A DNA stretch of 64,000 bases, taken from NCBI RefSeq assembly GCF_030684315.1, contig NC_081394.1, positions 5,612,163 through 5,676,162 on the forward strand, in the 5' to 3' direction. The stretch comes from Stegostoma tigrinum. Its lineage: Eukaryota. This document shows positions 1 to 11,964 of the stretch, piece by piece (positions within the stretch are counted from its first letter, which is position 1; each line of letters begins with the position of its first letter). The notes beneath the pieces are model-generated. The model did no database searches. It was not told where the DNA came from and saw only the letters and a program-made list of their open reading frames with translations. The translations under genes and the position numbers were made by a program.

Positions 1-685
1 ACATCATTTAAATCTCTTTCAGACTGAGATGGACAGATTTGAACATTCACATCCATTTTCAAATCTCTCCATGGCCTCAGTCCTCTGTATCTGTAAGCAC
101 CTTCAGCCATACAGCCCTCAGATTCTCTGTGCTCCAATATCACTGAGATTTCCATTACTGCCCCACTGGTGGCTGCGCCTTCAGCTACTGTGCGCTGAAG
201 ATCTGTAATTCCCAATCTAAACCTTTTTGTGTGTGTTTCTCTCCCGCTGTGTCCCTCTATCTCTCCTGTTTCTCTTTGTTCTCTTCCCTCAGTTCTTCAG
301 GATTCAATCAGTGGGAAGCCCAGCTTGTTCCACAAAATATCCACATTTCTGTGGTGATTACCTATCCCCGCATACACCCCTCAAAGTGGGAGGAAGAACT
401 ACTGCAGGGTTGTCTCACACCATCCTCTGGCCCTCCCTCTGTCGGTCAGCGCAGCTCTTGTGGAGAGTCCAGCTCTTGCCCGCTGCCTCCCCATAAGCCT
501 CCTCTCCTCTACACTCTGTGCTCCATCACTGTAGAGCTCTGTCACCCATTTTCCAGCTATCATTGGTCCCACGATGGTGGGTCTCATTTAATGGGTCCGT
601 GCTCCTGAACATCTCCTTTACATATGTACCCAAAGTATTGGGTTTAATTAATGCAGCCTGTGCACTGCTGGTTTCTCTCTCATAG

Positions 686-844
686 GTAACAATATTGACA
701 AAAGATGGATCATATTGAAAAATCAAATGGTGATCCTTGACAGTGGTGACCTCTTCAGCTAAAGCACGGAGCCTTGTGCCAACAACACCTGAGCATCAGG
801 ATGGAGAACAAACCCTTCTGGGGAACAGGGCTGTCCAGTACTAA
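686..844 (+). pseudogene. Last (cytoplasmic) exon of another paralog whose 5' part lies left of the window; frameshifted relative to the family tail
   Basis: tttctctctcatag| acceptor; ends PEHQDGEQTLLGNRAVQY TAA; two 1-bp deletions relative to the 26747/43642 copies; 3' UTR homology. Confidence 0.65.
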
Positions 845-2949
845 CTGAGTTTCTACTGCACTGAGTTTGGGTCAGGGAGGGGGAAATCAGCCCACTATTG
901 TGGGCACCGAGTGATTCCTGCTGGGAAGTCTGAGCACGGTATTGGGATCCAAAAATACGTCCTCCTTTCTACAAATCCTTCTGAGCTGCATCATCTCAGG
1001 AGGGAATCCCCCACTGGAAGTGCTACCCATTTACTGAAAAGACTGTCCCAAGTATTTCATCCTCAGCTTCAGATCTCATTTTTACTGTTACAGACTGTGT
1101 CCAAACTCAAGTGTCAGTGTTGTACAGGATGACCTTTAATTGTGTAAACCATTGATTGGTACCTGAGAGGTAATAACTTATGAACGTTCATTGAGTAAAT
1201 GGACACATCAGGAAGTTTCTTAATTTGTTAACTTGTTCTCAGTGTGGGTGATGCTGTCAGAACTCCATTTATTGCCCATCTTGCTTTGCCACACTGCTGT
1301 CCTTACAGTGATGGCACTCCCACAGTGAGGAATATGGAAAGTGGCTTCAGAAATTCCGTCTGCAGCAGGACCTAATGGGCAAAGCCAGGAACTACATTAT
1401 ATGGAAACAGGAGGCTGGAAGAACACAGCAAACCAGACTGGAGGAAAGCAGAAGAAGTCTACATTCCGGGTATTACACCCCTTCAGGACAGGATGCAGCT
1501 ATTTTGTCTCTAACCAGGAACTACATTATTACCAGCCACTGTTTCATAGGCAGAAATCAAACTCTGAATGGTGTACAGACTGAAAGTACATCTGTCCAAA
1601 TATATCTGTATAGTAGTTCCTTTTCTACATGTACTGCTGCCTCCAAGGTGTAGTTAAAGGGAAGCTGATATGGATATAGGTTTGAGAATATGTTAGAGTT
1701 AGATATTTGCATTTTTCTTCAGTGATTAAAGAGAAGCTGGTGCTGATATTAATGGGTCTACAGTCTGATGTTTAATGACTCTGCTAGTCACTGCATGAAG
1801 AGACAAGCTGCTGCCTACAGGCAGTAAGACCCTCATATGAGTTGAAGTGAAACGAATTGGCTGAAGACTGGAATCAGTGATTGCGGGACTCTCAGGATGA
1901 GGCTGGGAATGACCATCCAGTCAGTATTCCTGCTGGTTGGGAGTTTGGGTCTTTGGAGAAGGGAGTGTGGGACCTCCAATTACCACGACTACAACTGTAA
2001 AGTAACATTTGTTTTTTTTTTCACAAATTTAATTATATTACACCCCAAAACTCTTTGACTGTCAGCCTCCCTCCAGTCTCTATCACCAATTCACTCTGCC
2101 TGCCTGAACTTATTCTGACATTAAACAACATCTCCTTTCACGCACTCACCTGCCCCAAACCAAAGGTGTGAGCCCAGGGCACCCACATGGAATCTTGCTC
2201 TGTCTGACTTTTTTTTAGGAACTTTCTTTGATTCAGTTCTGCTCCACTCCTTCACTCACCTCTTTCTCCAGGATATTGACTGAATTAAAGTCATTTTCAG
2301 ATTTGACCTTGAACTGAGTATTTCATTACTTTGGAAGTAATATGCTGACATAGAGTGAGGATATCAGACTGTCCATCCTGGGCTGGGAACATACACTTTA
2401 AGAATGTATTGGAGCAGGAGGAGGGTATTTGATTCCACAAGCTTGTTCCGTGTTTCATAAAATCATGTCTGATCGTCTATCTCAACCCCTTTAACATGCT
2501 TGATTCCCATGTCATATAATTTGCAATGAGTCACAAAAAATCTCTACCTTGAAATTTCCAATAGATGTTGACCAGTCCTGCAATTCAGTTCAGGACAGCA
2601 TCGATCCAGTGCTCAGTGACGACTTTAAGGTCCTGAAGTGGCTCAATAGGTAGCACTCCCACTTCTGGTTCCCATTGCAGAGACAATAGCCCCATAATGC
2701 AGGGTAACACTCCCAGTGCTGTGCTGAGTGAATGCTACTATCAGAGGGGACAAAGGGACCGATCGCTGTTATGTTGGGCATTCTGTTACTTGGATGAAAC
2801 ATTCACCTGAAGCCCTGTCTGTTCTTCAAGGGAATGAGAAAAATCCCTTGGCTGCGACCTGGAAGATGTACGGCTGTTGTTTTCACTGGAGACATGAACT
2901 CAATATTTATTCTGAAACGGCCCTGATTAAAAACGGGTGATCTCTTTCA

Positions 2950-3245
2950 GAGATAACAAGGTGTAGAGCTGGAGAGACACAGCAGGCCCAGCAGCATCAG
3001 CAAGGCAGATGTTTCGGGCCTAGACCCTTCTTCAGAAATGGCTGAAGAATTTCTGAAGGGTCTCGGCCCGAAACGTCAACCTTCCTGTTCCTCTGATGCT
3101 GCTTAGAACATAGAAAAGTACAGCACAGTACAGGACCTTCGGCCCACAATGTTGAGCCTTGGAATAATCCTAATGCTTGGCCTGCCATCCAGCTCTACAC
3201 CTTGTTATCTCAGATTCTCCAGCATCTGTAGTTCCTACAATCTCT
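2950..3245. mobile_element. Foldback pair of PLE-terminus short elements with a small CR1-tail insert
   Basis: Inverted arms; TGATCTCTTT on both flanks; CR1 tail at about 3104-3155. Confidence 0.7.
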
Positions 3246-3334
3246 GATCTCTTTTGGTCCTGATCTAGATTTTGCAGGAGTCTGCAACACCGTATTTGTG
3301 AAAATACTCACTCCAAAATACAGGATTGCATTAT

Positions 3335-3675
3335 TAGGAGCACAAAAGCTGACGTTTCGGGCCTAGACCCTTCATCAGAGAGGGGGATGGGGAGAGCATT
3401 CTGAAATAAATAGGGAGAGAGGGGTGGCAGACCAAAGATGGATAGAGGAGAAAATAGGGGGAGAGGAGAGTATAGGTGGGGAGGAGTACAGATAGGTCAG
3501 TCCGGGGAGGACGGACAGCTCAAGGAGGCGGAATGAGGTTAGTAGGTAGGAAATGGAGGTGCAGCCTGAGGTGGGAGGAGGGGAAAGGTGAGAGGAAGAA
3601 CAGGTTAGGGAGGTGGGGATGAGCTGGGCTGGTTTTGGGATGCAGTGGGGGGAGGGGACAAGCTGGGCTGGTTGC
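3335..3675 (-). mobile_element. Penelope-like 3' UTR fragment
   Basis: Matches 14250-14610; hammerhead core at 3351-3378. Confidence 0.8.
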
Positions 3676-5097
3676 GATCTCCTGCTTTAATACATGAACC
3701 AGACTCTGGGTTTATCTGTCTGAACCCTGTTTAATACATGAACCACTGGTTTATATGTCTGATGGGAACTGGGACAGCAGAGGAGGTGGAAGGTGAGTCT
3801 TTATATTGTAATGAGTTGGAGGGGGCATTTGGGCGGTGGGGAATGGGAGGATGTTAATTAAGGAGCAAATTACTGCAGGTGCTGGAATCTGTACTGAAAA
3901 CAACAAATACTGGAGATCTCAGCGGGTCAGGCAGTTTCGTAGGAGAGTAAACAAGCTAGTGTTTAAAACCAAAATGATTCTTCATTAGAGCTGAAGTGAA
4001 CTGTGGAGGGGGGTAGCATTTATGCCATAGTACGGCGAGGGGTGTTAGGTGTATGGAGCGCTGGAGGAGAAAGGATGATAGTTCAGACTGAGTGATCAGA
4101 ATGTGAGAATGGTGGAACAATTCTGGATCTACCAGCCAAGCAGGTAAGGACAGCCCCAGAGATAATGGGAACTGCAGATGCTGGAAGGCAGTTGTAACAG
4201 GTTCCCCGCATGTGACAGCAGGCAGGCTGAACTAGGTCATTTGGGAAACTTGGTCGGCATTGAAGGGTTGGGCCAAAGGGACTGTTTCCTTGCTGTAGGA
4301 GTATGGCTACTCAACTACAAGAGGCATCACATCTATACCCAGCCCTGTCCTCAGCATTTAAACATTCCACCAGGGGCTTCACTGGGCAGCAATGGTGAGC
4401 TAGAATAGGAAACTGGTGGTTTCATCCTTACATTGTGGCAACAACACAGAAACAGGCTATTCAGTCCATCTGCCTCACATAGGCCTCCTCCAGGGTCACT
4501 GAGCAATGAAGTGGGCACTCACCAAGAATTCCAAAAGTAGGAAGTGTCACCAATCTCCCTGTCAAACAAAAACCTCTCACGTGTCACAGAGAGAGATGAA
4601 CATTTTGATTAATGTGCACACAATCCCACTCAAAGTCAGACACACTGGTTCTGTTCTTGCTGCCTGATTCGATTGATTTTTGAACAGGTTTATTCTGTGG
4701 ATCCTTGCTTCCCTCCTTCTCCCAGTACTGTCACCTTCTGCCAGGATCCACACCCTAATCTCCATTCACTCTCCGCTAGTCCCCGTTCTATTTGATCCCA
4801 GGGCTGTCGCTAAAGCTTACTCTTTCTGCTCAGGGGTCCAGCCCAGTTCCACGGGACCAGGCTCTGCCATCCCAGTGTCACCGACTGTTGCTCATCGCCC
4901 AGGTACCAATTTTCACATCCCAGGTATTAATCTAATTCTGCGCCTCCGTTTCAGCTCTCTTTCATGATCACAGTCTGTGGTGTGCCCACTCCCTCAATTT
5001 GCAGTTCACACAGCACCCTAAAGCACGGGGAATTCCTGATGCCCCCACCCCCAGCCTTGGATTACTTGTGAAAAGTTCTAGTAGTCACAGCACTAAC

Positions 5098-5143
5098 CTG
5101 TAACAGCATTCACCAACGGGAGTAGTTTCTGGGAGCCGTGCCC
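5098..5143 (-). pseudogene. Inverted-duplicate copy of the gene B leader exon
   Basis: Reverse complement of 16893-16938. Confidence 0.65.
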
Positions 5144-5490
5144 CTACAGCAAGAACAAAAATACAGTGAGCTCCTTTTCAACAGATTCCCTTCCTGATCG
5201 AGTAGATCATCCGGTCCAACCCCCTGGCGGTGACTGACAGATACAGCCCATGAGAAGGGCTGGGACATGGAGACACGGAAGTCACGCAGTGACTAAAATG
5301 ACTGTTTTCTTGCCGTTCGCCAAATACATCTTGAGGGACCATTATTTATCCCCCTTTTTAGATCCGCCCCGCAGTCTCGGTCGAACCCCCTTTTCAATGT
5401 TTCATCTGACCCTCCCCCCACCACCGCGCCCTCCCTCAGTTGATCCACAGATCACTTGGATAGCGAGGGGGGAGAATGTAAACAGAACGG

Positions 5491-5621
5491 AATCGGTTCC
5501 ATTGACAAACTCGTGGACAACTTCACTCTTGGGCATTCCTCAGTGCCAGTAAATTAGAGACAGGGGCATTCCCTTCGTAGGTACAGGGCAGCACAACCCG
5601 TCCGCCAAGGACCCCAAAACT
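5491..5621 (-). pseudogene. Inverted-duplicate copy of the truncated IgV 5' fragment
   Basis: Reverse complement of 16415-16545 (ORF 5523..5840 is identical to 16196..16513). Confidence 0.8.
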
Positions 5622-6488
5622 TCTGTGATTGATGGGAAGATGCCGCATAGTGTGAGGAGGAGACGTGAGTGGAGGAGGAGCGGACCAGCATGTCCCGCAA
5701 GGTTCCTGCAGAATTTTGACAAGGGACGGGAGGGAAATATATGACGAGTGGTGGCATTTTGCTGTACCGTCCACAAGACGTGGGCCCAAACATTGTGCCA
5801 ATGGCCATTTCAACATTCCACTATGTTCCCTGGCCAGCATCTTTGTCTCAGGCTTGTTGTCACAAGGTTCTGTGCTTTACTTGAACAGGCCCGTGAAAGC
5901 AACACCAATCGACCATTCAATGTTCAGAGACTATCTCGGGCCTCAGAGAAATACATTCGAGGCAGGACTGAGCTCCGGGTCAAACTGATCACGAGGGGGA
6001 TCACGAAAAGGGTAGGATGGAAGTTTTCCGTGCTTTCCTTGAGTAGGATCATTCTCAGCTGCTTACACCCACCTGTGGGAACAATCCTCACAGGATCCTC
6101 GGCCGATTGGCACACACTTTCAAGCTCAGTGCACTGGGCTTTGCAAAGGCTGATTGGGGCATGCTGTGATTCCTGCCTTCTGCACACCATGCTCTGGAGA
6201 CAGAAGAACCATGTTCCTGGGGAGGGAGTGCAGTTTCTCACACTGTTAACCCCTTCCATCACCCAGTTTGGTAGCTCTGTCCTCAGGGCTCAGCTCGCAC
6301 AGTCGGGTTTATTACTGAGTTATGCTTTTATTCAATACACTGAACTTAAATTCCCAACATGTCATGTTGGAATTTGAAGTCATTCTCTTGATTATTAGTC
6401 CACACCTTTGGTTTACTCCTCTTATAATGTAAACCCTGCACTACCATCCCAAATAAAAGCAGTGATTAAATACACAATGACCTCTCAC

Positions 6489-6751
6489 CTGTTACAGAAA
6501 GATTAACATGTTGATTCGTTCTCTCAGAAATCTGACATGTTGAACAAGGGTGTTATGCAAAACGTTGACTCTTCGTTGCCTCCAGATCTGCCGCGTTCTT
6601 CAAGCGTCCTGTTTGTCAACTTTGGATTCCAGCATCTGCAGTTTTGTTTGTCTCTAATATATTCCTCATGGTCTGATTTCATGCGGCCCGAGATCACAGC
6701 TGACCAGGTGCCTTGTTACAGTTGATCTTTGAACAGGCTTATTTTATTTCT
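6489..6751 (-). pseudogene. Inverted-duplicate copy of the 3' half of the gene A IgV exon
   Basis: Reverse complement of 15285-15547 (RNKISLFKDQL.QGTWSAVISG..KSDHEEY). Confidence 0.75.
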
Positions 6752-7131
6752 GAGATAACAAAGTGTGGAGCTGGATGAACACAGCAGGCCAAGCAGCATC
6801 TTAGGATCACAAAAGCTGACGTTTCAGGCCCAGACCCTTCATCAGGTGAAGACTTTGTTATCTAAGGACAGTCCCACTCGGGAAGGGAGGGAATGGGTTG
6901 GAGAGGTGGGGAGAACATAGCAGAATGTAACATGTAAAGCAAAAAGAACGGAGGGAATGGGAGTGTATTCACAATCTGAAGCTGTTGAACTCAATATTGA
7001 GCCCAGATGGTCGTAAACAGCTCATTTTGAAGATGAGAGGTTGTTCCTCCAGTTTTCATTGTGATTCACTGCAGCATTGTCGAGGACTGACAGTAGAGTA
7101 TGTGAGTGTAATGCTGTATTATAATCACCGG

Positions 7132-7866
7132 GATAACAAAGTGTGAAGCTGGATGAACACAGCAGGCCATGCAGCATCTCAGCAGCACAAAAGCTGACGT
7201 TTCGGGCCTGGACCCTTCTTCAGAGAGGGGGATGGGGTGAGGGTTCTGGAATAAATAGGGAGAGAGGGGGAGGCGAACCGAAGATGGAGAGAAAAGAAGA
7301 TAGGTGGAGAGAGTGTAGGTGGGGAGGTAGGGAGGGGATAGGTCAGTCCAGGGAAGACGGACAGGTCAAGGAGGTGGGATGAGGTTAGTAGGTAGCTGGG
7401 GGTGCGGCTTGGGGTGGGAGGAAGGGATGGGTGAGAGGAAGAACAGGTTAGGGAGGCAGAGACAGGCTGGGCTGGATTTGGGATGCAGTGGGTGGGGGGG
7501 AAGAGCTGGGCTGGTTGTATGGTGCAGTGGGGGGAAGGGGAGATTTTGAAGCTGGTAAAGTCCACATTGATACCATTGGGCTGCAGGGTTCCCAAGCGGA
7601 ATATGAGTTGCTGTTCCTGCAACCTTCGGGTGGCATCATTGTGGCACTGCAGGAGGCCCATGATGGACATGTCATCTGAAGAATGGGAGGGGGAGTGGAA
7701 ATGGTTCGTGACTGGGAGGTGCAGTTGTTTGTTGCGAACTGAGCGGAGGTGTTCTGCAAAGCGGTCCCCAAGCCTCCGCTTGGTTTCCCCAATGTAGAGG
7801 AAGCCACACCGGGTTCACACTTTGTTATCTTCGATTCTCCAGCATCCGTAGTGCTCATTCTCTCTG
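7132..7866 (-). mobile_element. Penelope-like 3' fragment with inverted terminal segment
   Basis: RRLQEQQLIFRLGTLQPNGIN; 7815-7866 is an inverted copy of the terminus; flanking atcaccggg duplication. Confidence 0.88.
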
Positions 7867-9103
7867 ATTATCACCGGGTACAGTTCATTCATTCTGGCTC
7901 GCTGCGGGGAACCGACTCTCCCATTCTCACAGGGAGGGGGGAGGTGAGAAATCTGGGTACAGCCTCTGTCGGGAAAAGCCAGCTCAAAGCTGCTTGGCCC
8001 CTCAAGGAAGTGGATGGACAAATTGTTTCGGGTGGGGTTCTCCCGGAAAACTGTGGGCCCAGGCCAGGGAGGGGGAATAGGGGTTGATTCTCATGGGATG
8101 TTCCTCCCCCATCTGTCAGTACGATGTGGGTCAGTCCGGAACAAGCTCCACCCCCTCGTCCCTGGATGTGGCGGAAGTTTGTCATTCATAGGGATAGAGG
8201 GAGGGAACTCAGCGGGACATTGCAGAAGCGGCTCTAAGTGACTGACAGTCTGCGCTTCCTGCAACATGGAGCTTTCCAAAGTGTTTCTCTCCGTCTCCTG
8301 TCGGTGTCTGGCTCTGATCCTGCTCCCGGTCCCGGGAAAGGAGGTGCAGGTATTTACTGTCAGTGCCTCCCACCCGGGGACACGGTAGGAGGGGGATCTC
8401 TCTCCCTCGTCACCCCCAGCACTCAACCTCTGTATTAAAGGGAAATGCTGACCATCTCAGATACAAACAGAAAGTGCCGGAACTTGTCAGGAGCGTGTAA
8501 AGTGATCTCTTGAAACATTGAAAAGGGGGTTAGACCGAGACTGCGGGGGCGGATCTAGAAAGGGGGATAAATAATGGTCCCTGAAGATTTATTTGGCAAA
8601 CGGCAAGAAAACAGTCATTTTAGTCACTGCGTGACTTGTCCCCAACCCCCTCACTCCGTGTCTCCATGTCCCAGCCCTTCTCATGGGCTGTATCTGTCAG
8701 TCATCGCCGGGGGGTTGGACCGGATCATCTACTCGATCAGGAAGGGAATCTGTTGGAAAGTGACTCACTGTGTTTTCTTGTTGCAGAAGCTCACGGAAAC
8801 TACTCCTCCAGCTGCTGCGGAATGTTGCTGCTGTTCCAGGTCAGTGCTGTGACTGCTAGAACACTTCAGCAATGATCAAAGGCTGGCGGATGGTGTGGAA
8901 TCAGGAATTCATCTTGCTCTCAGGTGCTGTGTGGACTCCCAAGTGGAACCATTGAGACAGTGGGCACCGTAGGTTCAGATCTGAACACTGAGAAACAATC
9001 GGTGAGACTGGGAAATATCTCTGACCATGGGATGAGAGTTCGGGCAGTGCTGGGATCAAATCACAATCGGACCTGTCTAGGAGTGTGCAGTTGCTGGGGA
9101 TTG

Positions 9104-10040
9104 ACAATAGACAATAGGTGCAGGAGTAGGTCATTCGGCCCTTCGGGCCAGCACCACCATTCATTATGATCATGGCTGATCATCCACAATCAGTATCCTG
9201 TTCCTGCCTTATCCCCATAACCCTTGATTCCACTATCTTTAAGAGCTCTATCCATCTCTTTCTTGAAAGTATCCAGAGAGTTGGCCTCCACTGCCTTCTG
9301 GGGCAGAGCATTCCACAAATCCACCACTCTCTGGGTGAAGAAGTTTCTCCTCAACTCTGTTCTAAATGGCCTACCCCTTATTTTTAAACTGGGTCCTCTG
9401 GTTCTGGACTCACCCATCAGCGGAAACATGCTTCCTGCCTCCAGAGTGTCCAATCCCTTAATAATCTTGTACGTCTCAATCAGATCCCCTCTTATCCTTC
9501 TAAACCCAAGTGTATACAAGCCCAGTCACTCCAATCTTTCAACATATGATAGTCCGCCATTCCAGGAATTGACCTCGTGAACCTACGCTGCACTCCCTCA
9601 ATAGCCAGAATGTCCTTCCTCAAATTTGGAGACCAAAACTGCACACAATACTCCAGGTTCGGTCTCACCAGGGCCCTGTACAGCTGCAGAAGGACCTCTT
9701 TGCTCCTATACTCAATTCCTCTTGTTATGAAGGCAAGCATGCTATTAGCTTTCTTCACTGCCTGCTGTACCTGCATACTTGCTTTCATTGACTGATGTAC
9801 AAGAACGCCTTACCAGCCTTCAGACCTAACAGTCTATCCAACATGATTTCCTGCCTAATATAAATTCCCTTCTGTTCATCCATTACCCTAGGTCCTTCAG
9901 CCACTATTACATCTGGGAGATTGCTTGTGTCTTCCCTCGTGAAGACAGATCCAAAGTACCTATTCAACTCTTCTGCCATTTCCTTGTTCCCCATAATAAA
10001 TTCACCTGTTTCTGTCTTCAAGGCCCCAATTTTAGTCTTA
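9104..10040 (-). mobile_element. CR1 LINE 3' fragment with internal deletion
   Basis: [33 protein letters not shown]; ACAATAG tail. Confidence 0.9.
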
Positions 10041-10467
10041 GCCTGGCCTCTGAGGCCTGGGAGTGGGAGGGTCTGGATCTCATGGGGTGCAGGAGCAAGC
10101 TCTAACAGGTTAGTGGTGGAGGGAGGTGAGGGCACACATTGCCTTGGCCCCTTTCTGACCATCAAGTGTTGCCTCAATCCGTACTCAGATTGTCACTGTT
10201 CCCCGACCGGTCCAAATTCACCCCAAATCCTCAGTGACTCTCCTGCAGTCGTTATTATCTTTGCCTTTCAGGCACAATTTTCTACTTGCTAACTTCACCT
10301 CACATTATCTGAGAGAATTTTGAAAAGGGAACTTGACCAGTATCCAGAGAATGGTCGGAACTGCCGTTGCTGGAGTCTGAGATAACAAGGTGTGGAGCTG
10401 GAGGAACACAGCAGGCCAGGCAGCATCAGAGGAGCAGGAAAGCTGACGTTTTGGGTGGAGCTAGCTA

Positions 10468-10670
10468 GTGAACAAAATTAGGGCACATGGTATTGGGGAC
10501 AAAATACTGACTTGGATTAAAAATTGGCTGGCTGACAGGAAGCAAAGAGTAGTGATAAACGGGTCCCTTTCGGAATGGCAGGCAGTGACAAGTGGGGTAC
10601 CTCAAGGTTCGGTGCTGGGACCGCAGCTGTTTACAATATACATTAATGATATAGACGAAGGCATTAAAAG
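10468..10670 (+). mobile_element. CR1 RT fragment
   Basis: [17 protein letters not shown]...[10 protein letters not shown]. Confidence 0.85.
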
Positions 10671-10799
10671 TAACCCCCAACCTCATCCCAAGACCAGCCC
10701 CCACCTCTTATCCCCGTCTCATTGACCTGTCCATCTTCCCTCCCATCTGTCCGCTTCTCCCACCTCACTAACCAATCCCCACCACTATCTACCTACAGA

Positions 10800-11720
10800 G
10801 ATAGTAGGAACTGTTGATGCTGAAGAATCTGAGGGAACAAGGTGTAGATCTGGATGAAAACAGCAGGCCAAGCAGCATCAGAGGAGCACAAAAGCTGATG
10901 TTTTGCATCTGGACCCTTCTTCAGAAAAGGGGGGAGGGAAGGGGATTCTGAAATAAATGGGGGGTGGATGCGGATGTAAAATGGATAAAGGAGCAGATAG
11001 GTGGAGAGGAGATGGACAAGTCAAGGAGGCGGGGATGGAGCCAGTGAAGGTGAGTGTAGGTGAGGAGTTTGGATGGGCGTAGATCAGTCAAGGAAAGACA
11101 GACAGGTCAAGGAGGTGGGAATGAAGCTGGTAGGTAGGAGGTGGGAGAAAGGTCAGACAGGCTAGGGAGGTGGGAATGACCTGGGCTGGTTTGGGACGTA
11201 GTCAGGAGCAGGGAGATTTTGAAGCTTGTGAAGTCCACATTGATACCATTAGGCTGCAGGGTTCCCAAGCGAAATATGATGTGCTGTTCCTGCAACCTTC
11301 GGGTGGCATCATTGTGGCACTGGAGGAGACCCAGGACCATATTGTCCAAAGAGTGGGAGGAGGAATTGAAGTGGTTTGTGACTGGGAGGTGCAGTTGTTT
11401 GTCGGAAAATGAGCGTAGGTGTTCCACAAAGCGGCCTCCGCTTTGTTTCCCCGATATAGAGGAGGCCACATCGCGAACAGCAGATACAGTATACCACATT
11501 AGCAGATGTGCAGGTGAACATCTGTTTAATGTGGAAGATTTTCTTGGGTCATGGGATGGGGGTGAGGAGGGAGGTGTAGCACTTCCTACGGTTGCAGGGA
11601 ACAGTGCCGAGGAGAGGTGGGGTTAGTGGGGAGTGTGGAGCAGATCAGGGAGTCACAGAGAGAGCAGTCCCTCCGGAAGGCAGATAAGGGTGGGGAGGGA
11701 GAAATTTCCTTCATTGTGGG
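10800..11720 (-). mobile_element. Penelope-like GIY-YIG/3' fragment, inverted relative to the adjacent long copy
   Basis: ORFs 11107 and 11309 (SANVVYCICC...YIGETK). Confidence 0.88.
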
Positions 11721-11964
11721 GTCATCTTCCATCCAACTACCTACCTACACTCACTAGCTTCATCCCTGCCTCCTTGATCTGCTCTCTATCCACTCCTCCC
11801 ACCTCACCGACGAATTCCCACTCCTGCATACATGACCTTTTAATAGCTTAATTTCCACCTCCCTGACCTGTCAGAACCCTATCCACTCCACTATCTACCT
11901 GCTATCACCGTGCCCCCCTATTTATTTCAGAGCCCCCTTCCCCTCCCCCATTACTGATGAAGCT

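Larger units (their letters stand above)
4181..6843 (-). repeat. Left arm of a 2663-bp inverted duplication
   Basis: Matched coordinates sum to 22036 throughout (e.g. ORFs 4680..4967/17069..17356, 5748..6377/15659..16288); about 99% identity with no indels seen. Confidence 0.97.
3865..7100 (-). mobile_element. Older Penelope-like 3' remnant split by the 4159-6862 insertion
   Basis: 6975-7085 encodes degenerate KLEEQPLIF..SCL.PSGLNIEFNSF; 3865-4000 has the terminus with a degenerate hammerhead; 14-bp duplication at the split. Confidence 0.65.

Noticed and set aside
5748-6377. 209-aa ORF duplicated at 15659..16288, and the 112-aa Cys-rich antisense ORF
   Set aside because: Intronic sequence. 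The identity reflects the recent inverted duplication, and the homologous intron in gene C (45960-46250) does not preserve the frame
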